Part shown: piece after piece, positions 1 to 8,784 of the stretch
Position numbering within the stretch: position 1 is the first letter of the stretch
Layout: every line of letters starts with the position of its first letter
From: Chloroflexi bacterium RBG_16_57_11
Lineage (GTDB): Bacteria; Chloroflexota; Anaerolineae; Anaerolineales; UBA4823
DNA: 35,788 nucleotides
Assembly: GCA_001795165.1 (NCBI GenBank)
Contig: MGNS01000101.1
Location: forward strand, 19,938 to 55,725
Reading direction: 5' to 3'
Notes under the pieces: generated by a model
What the model was told of the DNA's origin: nothing
Databases searched by the model: none
Seen by the model: the letters and a program-made list of their open reading frames with translations, nothing else
Made by a program: the position numbers and the translations under genes

Positions 1-1
1 T

Positions 2-646
2 CCTGAAGAAACGGCGCGCCGCTTCGGGAGAATGGGCATCGGCCCAGGGTTGCAGGTGGTCGCTTATGACGACCAGGGGGGCTCGCTCGCTGCGGTGCGA
101 TTGTGGTGGATGTTGCGCTGGCTGGGCCACGAGGCGGCCGCGGTTTTGGACGGTGGGTGGAAAGCCTGGCTCAATGAGGATCGGCCAGTTCGTACCGGCA
201 GGGAAACACGCCCGTTACAGACGTTTATCGCCCGGCCAGGTGAAGAGATGTATGTTACTTCCGATGAAATAGAAAAGTTGCGCAAGAGCCCGGATCACCG
301 GGTGATCGACGTTAGGGCTGCAGAGCGTTATCGTGGCGAAGTCGAGCCGATCGATCCGGTCGCCGGTCACATTCCTGGGGCTTTGAACGCGCCGTACTCG
401 AACAACCTAAACGACGAAGGCAAGTTTCGAACACCTCAAGAGCTTCGAGAATATTACACAAAGCTATTGGGCGATACGCCAGCCGAACGAGTCATCTTCT
501 ACTGCGGGTCAGGCGTCACATCAATCCACAGCCTGCTGGCGATGCACATCGCCGGGATGGGCGAAGCCAGGCTGTACGCCGGCTCGTGGAGCGAATGGAT
601 CGCCAGCCGCCAGCGGCCGGTCGCGGTTGGTGTTGAGCCGGGGTAA
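2..646 (+). CDS. sseA: Rhodanese-domain sulfurtransferase (3-mercaptopyruvate/thiosulfate type), 5'-truncated by the window edge
   Basis: The frame of ORF 32..646 stays open back to nt 2 (PEETARRFGRMGIGPG...), so the N-terminus lies off-window. The C-terminal catalytic rhodanese domain carries the active-site loop CGSGVTS, which fits the mercaptopyruvate-type CG[ST]GVT motif. Confidence 0.85.
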   Translation, partial: PEETARRFGRMGIGPGLQVVAYDDQGGSLAAVRLWWMLRWLGHEAAAVLDGGWKAWLNEDRPVRTGRETRPLQTFIARPGEEMYVTSDEIEKLRKSPDHRVIDVRAAERYRGEVEPIDPVAGHIPGALNAPYSNNLNDEGKFRTPQELREYYTKLLGDTPAERVIFYCGSGVTSIHSLLAMHIAGMGEARLYAGSWSEWIASRQRPVAVGVEPG

Positions 647-657
647 TCTCGTTTTCC

Positions 658-2022
658 TTAGGGGACAAAATCATAAACCGGTGGGACCCCCGTGGTGGTG
701 TCCAGCAGCAATGCACCTGCTTCAAGGTCACGTAACATCAGGTCAAAAGTCTCACCCCGCTGGATGATGTAGATGAATTGAGTTGGACTGAGCCATTGTA
801 CGTTGCTCACACCGGAGTTGTCGCCATCTAACGGTTGCGGCGGGCCATCCAGGCTTCCTGACCATGCCTCCTGGTTATCCCCCAGGGTGTAGATAAAACG
901 CTGGCTATCTGGAGACCAGCTTTCAAAGTGCATCAGCGGGCCAGTAGCGTAAACCCACTCACCTTTACCGTCATAAGTCGTCAAGAGCAAATCACGGCGA
1001 TTTTCACTTGGTTGACCGGTTTCGCGCATAAAAGCCAGCCGATCCAGGTCGGGAGAATAGCGTACCGGCTGGTCAAAAAACGGCACAGCCAGCACTGCGC
1101 CCTCCTGGAGCGGGTCGCCGCCTTCGGTGGGAATTTTCCAAAGTACGGTAGGCTGCGCAGGCTGGGCCAGTGATTCCACCGGGGGGATGGCAAGGCGCAA
1201 GAATGCGCCATCAGCCGACCAATACGGCATGGCATAATAGCGGTATTCGCTGTAGGTGAGCACCAGATCATACTGCAGTACGGGACGGTAATTGCTGCCA
1301 TCGGCGTTGGTCAAGATCACCATATCCGGCCTGGAGATTGCGATCTGGCTGCCATTGGGCGAATAGACAAACTCTCCTCCCCATCCCGCCAGGAACAGGT
1401 TGGTGATCACACCGCTATCAGCGTCCACCAGGTTCAGGTCATCCAGCAGGCTCAGACCTGGTCCGTTGAATACTTGTTGGGTGTTGAAAGCCAGGCTGCG
1501 CGTTCCAGGTATCCAGGCGAAATGGTAAGGATTGATGGCCACAGCGCTCGGATCGCGCACGCCACCGCCGATCGTATCCAGATCTGTGATGCTGACCAGG
1601 CGGCGCTCATTCGTGCCGTCCAGGTCGATCGCCCAAAGCTCGGTGTGAAATTCGCCTGCCGGGCGAAGAAATGCAATCGTCCGGCCATCCGGTGAGAGAC
1701 TGGGATTGTAGGCATCGCCGCTGGAGGTAAGCTGCTGGGTGTTTCCTTCTTGCCAAAGCCACAGGTTCCCATCTTTCGTGTAGACCACTTGCAAAGCGCC
1801 GGCTTCTGGGGTTGCAAGCCCGGGTTCCTGGGTTGTGGTCGGCTCCGCCGATGCCACTGGATAGGCCGACGGTTCTACCATTTGGCTCACCGTGGGAAGC
1901 TCCGGCTGGACGACGGGGGTTTCCTTAGCCCCGGTGTAGCGTGTCAAATTACACGCCCAGCCCAGGCAAATCACAAGCACAGCTATCATCAATATGCGAA
2001 TACGAAATGAAGAGGGCATCAT
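658..2022 (-). CDS. Secreted or membrane-anchored TolB-like PD40 (WD40-like) beta-propeller protein
   Basis: 454-aa ORF with an N-terminal hydrophobic signal/anchor (RIRILMIAVLVICLGWAC). It has repeated PD40 signatures (SPDGRTIAF, SPNGSQIAI, SPDLDRLAF, SPDSQRFIY). Its start overlaps the stop of the upstream small ORF (ATGA at 2019-2022). Confidence 0.75.
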   Translation of the reverse strand: MMPSSFRIRILMIAVLVICLGWACNLTRYTGAKETPVVQPELPTVSQMVEPSAYPVASAEPTTTQEPGLATPEAGALQVVYTKDGNLWLWQEGNTQQLTSSGDAYNPSLSPDGRTIAFLRPAGEFHTELWAIDLDGTNERRLVSITDLDTIGGGVRDPSAVAINPYHFAWIPGTRSLAFNTQQVFNGPGLSLLDDLNLVDADSGVITNLFLAGWGGEFVYSPNGSQIAISRPDMVILTNADGSNYRPVLQYDLVLTYSEYRYYAMPYWSADGAFLRLAIPPVESLAQPAQPTVLWKIPTEGGDPLQEGAVLAVPFFDQPVRYSPDLDRLAFMRETGQPSENRRDLLLTTYDGKGEWVYATGPLMHFESWSPDSQRFIYTLGDNQEAWSGSLDGPPQPLDGDNSGVSNVQWLSPTQFIYIIQRGETFDLMLRDLEAGALLLDTTTGVPPVYDFVP

Positions 2023-2204
2023 AGCTCCAAAAAACGCGACTCATCCAGTTTTTTTCGTAAGCGCTCTTCTTCACTCTCCTTAGAGGTCATTTCCTCGCCT
2101 TCGCCGTCCAGCTCCGCAGCTTCCGCTGCGCGCAGGATTGAGAGCGGTTGGGCGGCAAGGATGCTCCACTTGCCGCAGAACGGGCAGCGCTCGAGCTTTC
2201 CCAC
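2019..2204 (-). CDS. Small hypothetical protein (61 aa) with a CPFC half zinc-ribbon and an acidic tail
   Basis: GTG start at 2204 is preceded by GGGAG six nt upstream. Its stop overlaps the ATG of the propeller gene, which suggests translational coupling. No recognisable family, and only one Cys pair. Confidence 0.35.
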   Translation of the reverse strand: MGKLERCPFCGKWSILAAQPLSILRAAEAAELDGEGEEMTSKESEEERLRKKLDESRFLEL

Positions 2205-2340
2205 GGCATTCTCCCAGTCGTTATCCTTCTACAGACGCCCGGCACCATACCCTGGTTCCCGGGTTATTGTGTCAAAATCGGTACTGGAACCTTCCATACC
2301 TATCAGCGACCAGACCTCCTGTAAACGGAGCTGTAAGGTG

Positions 2341-3129
2341 TTACTTCCAACGGGTTAGGATTGTCTCACGCTCGAAGATCTGCGTGGACAGGAAGATCAA
2401 GATGATGTCGATGAGCAACAGAAATGCAGTACCGACCAGGATCAAATTACGGTTCAACACGAACAGGCCGGCCATCTGGCCAAAGAATATCGCCAAAAGC
2501 GGGACGATCAACAACGCGGTAAGTTGTTCGGCGACGCGTGGGTCGGTGACGCGCGAAGAGACGATCACGCTAAAGTTGACCGACACGAGAGCCAGCAACG
2601 GGCCAACCAGAAAGACCGCTGCCAGCCAGCGGATATCTACTATGGCGCTGTACATTGCCGGGTTACTGATCATGAGTCGCGCCCCCAGCGCAAAGATGCC
2701 AAAGGCGGCGTATGTCGCCAGCATCGCGGGCAGAAGTGCCGCCAGACCCTTTGCCACCAGCAGTTGAAGCGTAGTGATTGGTGTAGCCAGGAGCGGCTCC
2801 AGGGTGCGGCTGGTTTTCTCCCCCACGATCGAATAGGCCGAAATGGAGGCGGGGATTGCCAGCGGCAAGATCATGAACATGAGCATGAATTGGCTGACCA
2901 TGTATACCTGGAAGCATTCGCCGCCGCTCATATCCGGTGCGCATAAAGCGTTCACCTGTTCTGGCATTTCGGCTGATTGCATCACCGCGTTGTCGCCGCG
3001 CATGGTAAACAGGATTACCAGTGGAATTGCTGTGAGCAATAAAGGCAGAAAGACCACCGAGAACAACACCATGCGGTTCTTGAAAACTTCGGCCCATTCT
3101 TTTTTGAGGATCGTAATGATTTTATTCAT
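2341..3129 (-). CDS. ABC-2 type transporter permease
   Basis: 262-aa polytopic membrane protein with about six hydrophobic segments. The first TM follows the MNKIITILKKEWAEVFKNRM opening typical of ABC-2 permeases. It lies 24 nt downstream of the ATPase gene. Confidence 0.8.
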   Translation of the reverse strand: MNKIITILKKEWAEVFKNRMVLFSVVFLPLLLTAIPLVILFTMRGDNAVMQSAEMPEQVNALCAPDMSGGECFQVYMVSQFMLMFMILPLAIPASISAYSIVGEKTSRTLEPLLATPITTLQLLVAKGLAALLPAMLATYAAFGIFALGARLMISNPAMYSAIVDIRWLAAVFLVGPLLALVSVNFSVIVSSRVTDPRVAEQLTALLIVPLLAIFFGQMAGLFVLNRNLILVGTAFLLLIDIILIFLSTQIFERETILTRWK

Positions 3130-3153
3130 GGTCGCACGTATGAAAAAAAACAG

Positions 3154-4062
3154 CTAACCGTTCTTAACCAGGCGCAGGTAGACATCCTCCAGCGAGTGAC
3201 GCAGCTCGCCAACGAACTGGATATCTGCTCCCGCGCCGACCAGCAGCCGCACAATCTCCGGGTTGTGCGCTTCCGGATCGTCCACCGTTACAAGCAAGCG
3301 CTGGTCCACGGACTGCGCATCATCGACATAGGGCAAAGCGGATACCAATTCGACCAACCCTGTATCAACGGCTCGAAGATGAAAAACGACCTTACGCCCA
3401 AAGACCTGGCGGCGCAACCGCTCGGGGGAGTCAACCACCAGAAGACGGGTCTTGAACACACCGATACGATCACACAACCGGTCAGCTTCATCCAGGTTAT
3501 GGGTGCAGAGAAAGATCGTGCGGCCCTCTCGCCGTAGTTCAGCAATGAAATCGCGCACCAGATGGGCGGATTCGGGGTCCAGCGCGGCGGTCGGCTCGTC
3601 CAGGAACAGGATCGGCGGCTCGTGTAGCAGGGCGCGGGCGATGGCCAGCTTTTGCTTCATGCCTTTGGAAAAAGTTGCTGTGGGCTCAAAGCGCCGGTCC
3701 CACAAGCCAAGCATGCGCAGGTATTTCTCCACCTGACCGTGTACATCCTTGACTTCGTACAGCCTGGCGAAAATGCGCAGGTTATATTCAGCGCTCAGGT
3801 TGTCGTATAACCCCGGTGTCTCGGTTAGCACACCCACTGTGCGCCGAATTTGAGTATCCTGCTGCCCAACCGTATAGCCATTCACCACCGCCCGCCCGCG
3901 TGTGGGGGCGATCAGGCTGGTGAGCATGCGCACAGTGGTGGTCTTCCCGGCGCCATTGGGGCCAAGGAAGCCAAACACCTCTCCCTGGCTAACCTGTAGG
4001 TCAAGCCCATCCACTGCAATCGTAGAATCGAAATGTTTGGATAAATCTTCTGCAAGAATCAT
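3154..4062 (-). CDS. ABC transporter ATP-binding protein (ABC-2/drug-exporter type)
   Basis: Walker A GPNGAGKTT, signature-like FSKGMKQKLAIA, Walker B ILFLDEPTAALD, and H-loop CTHNLDEA. Confidence 0.92.
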   Translation of the reverse strand: MILAEDLSKHFDSTIAVDGLDLQVSQGEVFGFLGPNGAGKTTTVRMLTSLIAPTRGRAVVNGYTVGQQDTQIRRTVGVLTETPGLYDNLSAEYNLRIFARLYEVKDVHGQVEKYLRMLGLWDRRFEPTATFSKGMKQKLAIARALLHEPPILFLDEPTAALDPESAHLVRDFIAELRREGRTIFLCTHNLDEADRLCDRIGVFKTRLLVVDSPERLRRQVFGRKVVFHLRAVDTGLVELVSALPYVDDAQSVDQRLLVTVDDPEAHNPEIVRLLVGAGADIQFVGELRHSLEDVYLRLVKNG

Positions 4063-4331
4063 GAATTTCTCAGATGTCGTTTCCTTTCTTCTCCACAGGA
4101 GTGCAAGATCATTTTCATGCCATACTTTTGATTATCTTGCAGCACATGACGAATATAATCCGGGTGATTGACCAACAGGCCTGGGAAGAACATGAAACGA
4201 AAAGATATGATGTCACCGTACTGGCCGGTTGCTGAAAGCAAAAAGGCCAGCGAGTCCCGGCGGATCTCTCGCACGTTGCCAAAAATGGGGTTCCTGGGTA
4301 GGCCGGGAGGATACTCTCGTTTGACGATCAT
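4059..4331 (-). pseudogene. Cytochrome P450 N-terminal remnant (about 70 aa of P450-like sequence followed by unrelated residues and a stop)
   Basis: PPGLPRNPIFGNVREIRRDSLAFLLSATGQYGDIISFRF..LLVNHPDYIRHVLQDNQKY follows the canonical P450 N-terminal pattern (PPGP..P..GN...F..DP..F......YG.I..F......V....P......L). There is no I-helix, ExxR or heme-Cys region. The ORF ends at the ATGA overlap with the ABC ATPase start. Confidence 0.55.
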
Positions 4332-4368
4332 GCGGTCTAGTATACCCGATTCTGAATCACGGGTTTAG

Positions 4369-6651
4369 ATGATAGAATCTGGAGGTATGACCGCCTCGAC
4401 CATGCCCAATGTTTCTGATAACAATCCGTCGAGTGTCTTACTTGAGGTCATCCAGAAACATTACGCCAGCCTGTATCGCCTGGCTCTCGCCAGCCTGGAT
4501 GATACACAGGCGGCGCGAAAAGCGACAGCGATCGCCTTCGCCGGATTCTGGCTGGAGGAAACCCGCCCCCCCGGGGCCGTCCCGGATCAACGACTGTACG
4601 AACTGGCCTTAAGAAACTTCCATAAGAAGGAATCCGGCCATCTGCCCGTACCGGTTGAGTTCGCCAATATCGAGCCGGACTCAAGCTGGATGCTCGAGCC
4701 TGCGATTGTCAAGTTCAACCAGGCAGTGGACCGGCTGGGGATCATCGAGCACCATTTGCTGGTGTTGGTGTATGTTTTGGGATGGCGACCAGATCAGGCC
4801 GGTGAGTTATTGGGGGTAAGCCAGAAAGCGGCTGTGTCACAGCTCTCGCTGTTCCACAGCCGTCTGTGTCCGCTGCTCGAGAAGGCCCCCGAGAGCGCCA
4901 TCCCATCCGCAGGAGACCTGCCGGAGCTGCCTAAAGAGCTGGGGGCATCCGCCGATCGGCGTGCGGCAGCCATCCTGCAAGCCCGTTGGCCGGCCCCAGA
5001 GTTGACTGAAGCTGAGATCGATGAGCTAAGCAGACAGATCGAGATGCTGGCGGAGAGCATGCGCCAGCAACGAGTGACATCGACACCGTATCGCCGCTTA
5101 ACCGTCGGGCTGGTTGCGGCTGCGGTGCTCCTGCTGTGTCTGACAGCCGGGCTGGGAGCCTGGCTGCTCAACGCCCAGGGATTGAGCACAGGGCCACAGA
5201 GAACGCCAACTGCAACTGCCCATGGGGCTTCGACTGCCTTCCCGCAAGTCACACTGCTTTCGCCGTTGACCCGCCGCTCCAGCGACGAAGACATCCGCCA
5301 GCGTTGGGTGGAAAGCCCCAGCTTGTGGCATAGCCTGAGCGCGGACGTCCAGACCTGGCGCTATGGACCGCTCAGTTATTATGGCCTGCCTCGCTCCTAC
5401 CGGGACCAGGCCTGGATCTTACAACCTGACCAAAGTATCGTTCTGAATGGGCTGTTGGGAGAGCCACCAGGGCAGTCTTATCTGATCGCGCAAGATCGTG
5501 TTTTCCGGCGCAGCGCCGCGGAAGATGAAAGCCATAGCGAGCCATGGGACGGCTCATTGGAATCCCTGCTGCCAGGCGAGCCATTGAGATCGATGATCTT
5601 CCCGACCACCTCGCGCTGGGCAAGCCAACCCGGCGAATTCCGCCCAGTGCAGACAACCAGTCTGGCCGGGCGAGAGGCAGTGGTTTTCGATTGGACCAAT
5701 CCCGGAGGGCAACGGGAAGCGCGCCTGTGGCTGGACGCCCAAACCGGGATCATCCTGCGAGCGCAAATCTTTGCTGATCGGGATGATCAAACCCTGATCG
5801 ACGATTGCATGCTTACGAGCCTCGCTTTGGAGCGCAGTCAGCCACCTCCAGGTCTGGTCACCGGTGCTCGCTTGGGAAGGGCACAACCGGCCTCCGGCGA
5901 CCCGGCCTTCTCAGCCCTACCGCCCACACCTACCCCTGCAGCTGTGCCTGTAGATCGCCCCAGCACGCCCATCAATTCTGCACCGCCCGGTTTTAATCCC
6001 ACAGGAAGCGCTCTGACTTTCCACTTCACCCGAGATCCACAGGTAGCCAACGCAACAACAGATACTGCCGCCCAGCCGGCGGAGCTAATTGCAGATGGCT
6101 ACAACCTGGGAAAAACTTTGTTTGGTCTACCATGGACGTTACGCTGCGACCGCTCACCAGACGGGCAACGATTGGCTTTCAATACAGCCAGCGATGGCGC
6201 CACGCCCGCGGATGACTCGGTACGCTGGTTCAATCTGAGCAAACCCCAGGCGATCTACCAGCCGCTGCCCGATCTGGAGGCCGTTTCTTTTGCTTTCTCA
6301 CCCGATAGCCGTCGCCTGGCTGTTGCAGGACAGGGTGGTGATTATCGCGACAGCGGAGTTTACCTGGTCGATCTCGGCACCGGAGAGAGCCGCCTATTGT
6401 TGGCCGTTGACCAGGCTCACAGCCTGGTGTGGAGCCCGGACGGTGAATTCCTGGCGTTGATTGGAATACCCGAAGGTCAGGAAACCGAATCGATCCTGGT
6501 CCTGCACGTGCGCACCAGCCAGCTCGCTTATCAAAGCCCGCCAGGAGCCATAGACCAGACTCCAGCCGATTCGCCGATCACTGCCTGGGGAACCCCTTTC
6601 CCCGTCGAGATGGGCGGAATGGATGACTGTGCAGCACCACCCCAACCATAA
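4369..6651 (+). CDS. Single-pass membrane protein: sigma-70/ECF-like N-terminal domain, TM helix, and extracytoplasmic domain ending in PD40 beta-propeller repeats
   Basis: The N-terminus resembles sigma region 2 (VIQKHYASLYRLALASLDDTQAARKATAIAFAGFWLE) and the region 4 HTH (LLVLVYVLGWRPDQAGELLGVSQKAAVSQLSLFHSRL). A TM helix follows (LTVGLVAAAVLLLCLTAGLGAWLL). The C-terminus has SPDGQRLAF, SPDSRRLAV and SPDGEFLAL. The exact start is uncertain (ATG at 4369, 4387 or 4402). Confidence 0.7.
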   Translation: MIESGGMTASTMPNVSDNNPSSVLLEVIQKHYASLYRLALASLDDTQAARKATAIAFAGFWLEETRPPGAVPDQRLYELALRNFHKKESGHLPVPVEFANIEPDSSWMLEPAIVKFNQAVDRLGIIEHHLLVLVYVLGWRPDQAGELLGVSQKAAVSQLSLFHSRLCPLLEKAPESAIPSAGDLPELPKELGASADRRAAAILQARWPAPELTEAEIDELSRQIEMLAESMRQQRVTSTPYRRLTVGLVAAAVLLLCLTAGLGAWLLNAQGLSTGPQRTPTATAHGASTAFPQVTLLSPLTRRSSDEDIRQRWVESPSLWHSLSADVQTWRYGPLSYYGLPRSYRDQAWILQPDQSIVLNGLLGEPPGQSYLIAQDRVFRRSAAEDESHSEPWDGSLESLLPGEPLRSMIFPTTSRWASQPGEFRPVQTTSLAGREAVVFDWTNPGGQREARLWLDAQTGIILRAQIFADRDDQTLIDDCMLTSLALERSQPPPGLVTGARLGRAQPASGDPAFSALPPTPTPAAVPVDRPSTPINSAPPGFNPTGSALTFHFTRDPQVANATTDTAAQPAELIADGYNLGKTLFGLPWTLRCDRSPDGQRLAFNTASDGATPADDSVRWFNLSKPQAIYQPLPDLEAVSFAFSPDSRRLAVAGQGGDYRDSGVYLVDLGTGESRLLLAVDQAHSLVWSPDGEFLALIGIPEGQETESILVLHVRTSQLAYQSPPGAIDQTPADSPITAWGTPFPVEMGGMDDCAAPPQP

Positions 6652-6848
6652 TGCCCAAATATTAAAACCTATCTGATGTATAGTTAACATTATATTTGGA
6701 GAGTTATAGTATAATTTTTGGCTGGCTAAATCAATGCCCGAGTCATGATGATGGTAACGCCGGGGCTCCCCCGGTGTTGTTTTATGTAATCTTATCGATC
6801 ATCCTACTTACCACATCCTTCACCGGGTGTTTTCAGAAAGGCATTTCA

Positions 6849-7808
6849 ATGGAAAAAGATGAATATCTGGATTTATATCATCAAATGGTCTTGATCCGCC
6901 TGGTCGAGGAGGCAGCCGCGCAGCTTTACCAGCAAGGAAAGATCGGCGGCTTTCTTCACTTATATATCGGCCAGGAAGCGGTTAGTACCGGATTGATTTC
7001 AGCGCGCAAGCCTCAGGACCGGGTGATTACGGCCTACCGCGATCACGGGGTGGCGATTAATTGTGGCCTGCCTGCCAACCAGGTGATCGCGGAGCTCTTA
7101 GGCAAGGCTACCGGCGTCTCGAAGGGCAAAGGCGGCTCGATGCACATGGCCGACGTCAGCAAGAATTACTGGGGAGGCCACGCCATCGTCGGCGCGCACA
7201 TGCCGATCGCAACCGGGTTGGCGCTCGGCGACCAGTATCAAAAGAATGACGCTGTGACGATCTGCATGTTCGGTGATGGCGCCAGCAACATCGGCTATTT
7301 TCATGAAGCGCTAAACCTGTCAAAGGTATGGAAGCTGCCAATGGTATGGGTGTGCGAAAACAACCAGTATGGGATGGGAACGGCTGTCGACCGAGCCTCT
7401 GCGGTTTCTGAAATCCGCCAAAAGGCAGAAGGGTATTGTATCCCCAACGAGTGCGTGGATGGCATGGATGTGCTCAAGGTACGTCAGGCTGCCGAGGAGG
7501 CGATCGCTTTTGTTCGCTCCGGCAATGGCCCCTTTTTCCTGGAAATCGAGACCTATCGCTTCCGCGGGCACTCGATGGGCGATCCAGAGCGCTACCGTAA
7601 GCCTGAGGAAGTGCGCAAATGGCAGGAAAACGACCCGATCGGCATCTACCACCGGACGCTGGTCGACCAGGGCCTCGCCAGTGAAGCTGAGCTGGATCAT
7701 CTAGAGGAGAAGGCGGAAGCCGAGACTGCCGCTGCGGTACAGTTTGCCGAGAATAGCCCGGAGCCCGAACCCGAAGCCCTGTTCGAGCACATCTATGTAG
7801 AGGGATAA
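6849..7808 (+). CDS. pdhA: Pyruvate (2-oxoacid) dehydrogenase E1 component, alpha subunit
   Basis: ThDP-binding motif GDGASNIGYFHEALN...CENNQYGM and the YRFRGHSMGDP phospho-loop region. I prefer the ATG at 6849 (GAAAGG upstream, giving a typical 319 aa) over the tracked start at 6696. Confidence 0.9.
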   Translation: MEKDEYLDLYHQMVLIRLVEEAAAQLYQQGKIGGFLHLYIGQEAVSTGLISARKPQDRVITAYRDHGVAINCGLPANQVIAELLGKATGVSKGKGGSMHMADVSKNYWGGHAIVGAHMPIATGLALGDQYQKNDAVTICMFGDGASNIGYFHEALNLSKVWKLPMVWVCENNQYGMGTAVDRASAVSEIRQKAEGYCIPNECVDGMDVLKVRQAAEEAIAFVRSGNGPFFLEIETYRFRGHSMGDPERYRKPEEVRKWQENDPIGIYHRTLVDQGLASEAELDHLEEKAEAETAAAVQFAENSPEPEPEALFEHIYVEG

Positions 7809-7812
7809 CAGC

Positions 7813-8784
7813 ATGGCTAAGATAACAATGCGCGAAGCGATCTCACAGGCATTGTGGGAGGAAATGGAACGCGACTCGAGTGTGTTCATTTTAGGAGAAG
7901 AAGTAGGCGTGTGGGGGGGCACCTATGCGGTGACCAAAGGTTTTTATGACCATTTCGGCGGTGAACGCGTGCGAGACACCCCGATCGCCGAAGCGGCGAT
8001 CGTTGGCGCAGCCATCGGCGCAGCGATGACCGGCCTGCGCCCCGTGGCCGAGCTCATGACGATCAATTTCGCCTTTTCAGCAATGGATCATATCGTCAAC
8101 GAGGCCGCCAAGCTTCATTACATGTTTGGCGGGCAGTTCCTCCTTCCATTGGTGATCCGGACGGTGGGCGGCGGCGGACGGCAGCTCGGTGCAACCCACT
8201 CCCAGACACCGGATGCCATTTTCGCCCACTTCCCAGGTCTGAAGGTGGTCGCTCCAGGGACTCCCGAAGACGCCAAGGGCTTGCTCAAATCAGCCATTCG
8301 CACACAGGATCCGGTTCTGTTCATTGAACACGCTACCCTATACCAGACGCGCGGCGAGGTGCCGGATGGCGATTACACTACACCGATCGGGCGATCAAAG
8401 GTTCAGCGACCGGGGCGGGACGTCACCCTGGTCACATATAGCAAGATGCTGGAAATCTCGAACAAGGCCGCCGACCAGTTGTCCAAAGAAGGCATCGAGG
8501 TCGAGATTGTCGATCTGCGCTCCTTGCGCCCGCTGGACATGGGGCCGGTATTGGAATCTTTCAAGCGCACAAATCGGGCAGTAATCGTTGAAGAGGGTTG
8601 GCGTTCCTTCGGGGTCGGCTCTGAAATCGCCTCCCGGCTGTATGAAGAAGCCTTCGATTATGTGGATGCTCCAATCCAGCGTGTGGCACAGAAGGAGGTA
8701 CCCCTGCCGTATAACCGGACCCTGGAGCAAATGGCTTTACCGCAGGTGGAGGATGTCATCCGGGCGGTCAAGGAGGTGGTGTAA
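7813..8784 (+). CDS. pdhB: Pyruvate (2-oxoacid) dehydrogenase E1 component, beta subunit
   Basis: 323 aa with a typical transketolase-like Pyr domain (ILGEEVG..GG.Y.VT.GF...FG..RV.DTPIAE) and C-terminal domain. It starts 4 nt after pdhA. Confidence 0.92.
   Translation: MAKITMREAISQALWEEMERDSSVFILGEEVGVWGGTYAVTKGFYDHFGGERVRDTPIAEAAIVGAAIGAAMTGLRPVAELMTINFAFSAMDHIVNEAAKLHYMFGGQFLLPLVIRTVGGGGRQLGATHSQTPDAIFAHFPGLKVVAPGTPEDAKGLLKSAIRTQDPVLFIEHATLYQTRGEVPDGDYTTPIGRSKVQRPGRDVTLVTYSKMLEISNKAADQLSKEGIEVEIVDLRSLRPLDMGPVLESFKRTNRAVIVEEGWRSFGVGSEIASRLYEEAFDYVDAPIQRVAQKEVPLPYNRTLEQMALPQVEDVIRAVKEVV

Noticed and set aside
6696-6848. A 51-codon N-terminal extension of pdhA with a hydrophobic stretch, which could look like a signal or TM segment.
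   Set aside because: E1alpha is cytoplasmic. The extension runs through AT-rich, promoter-like DNA (TATAAT at 6710-6715). The internal ATG at 6849 has an RBS and gives the canonical length.
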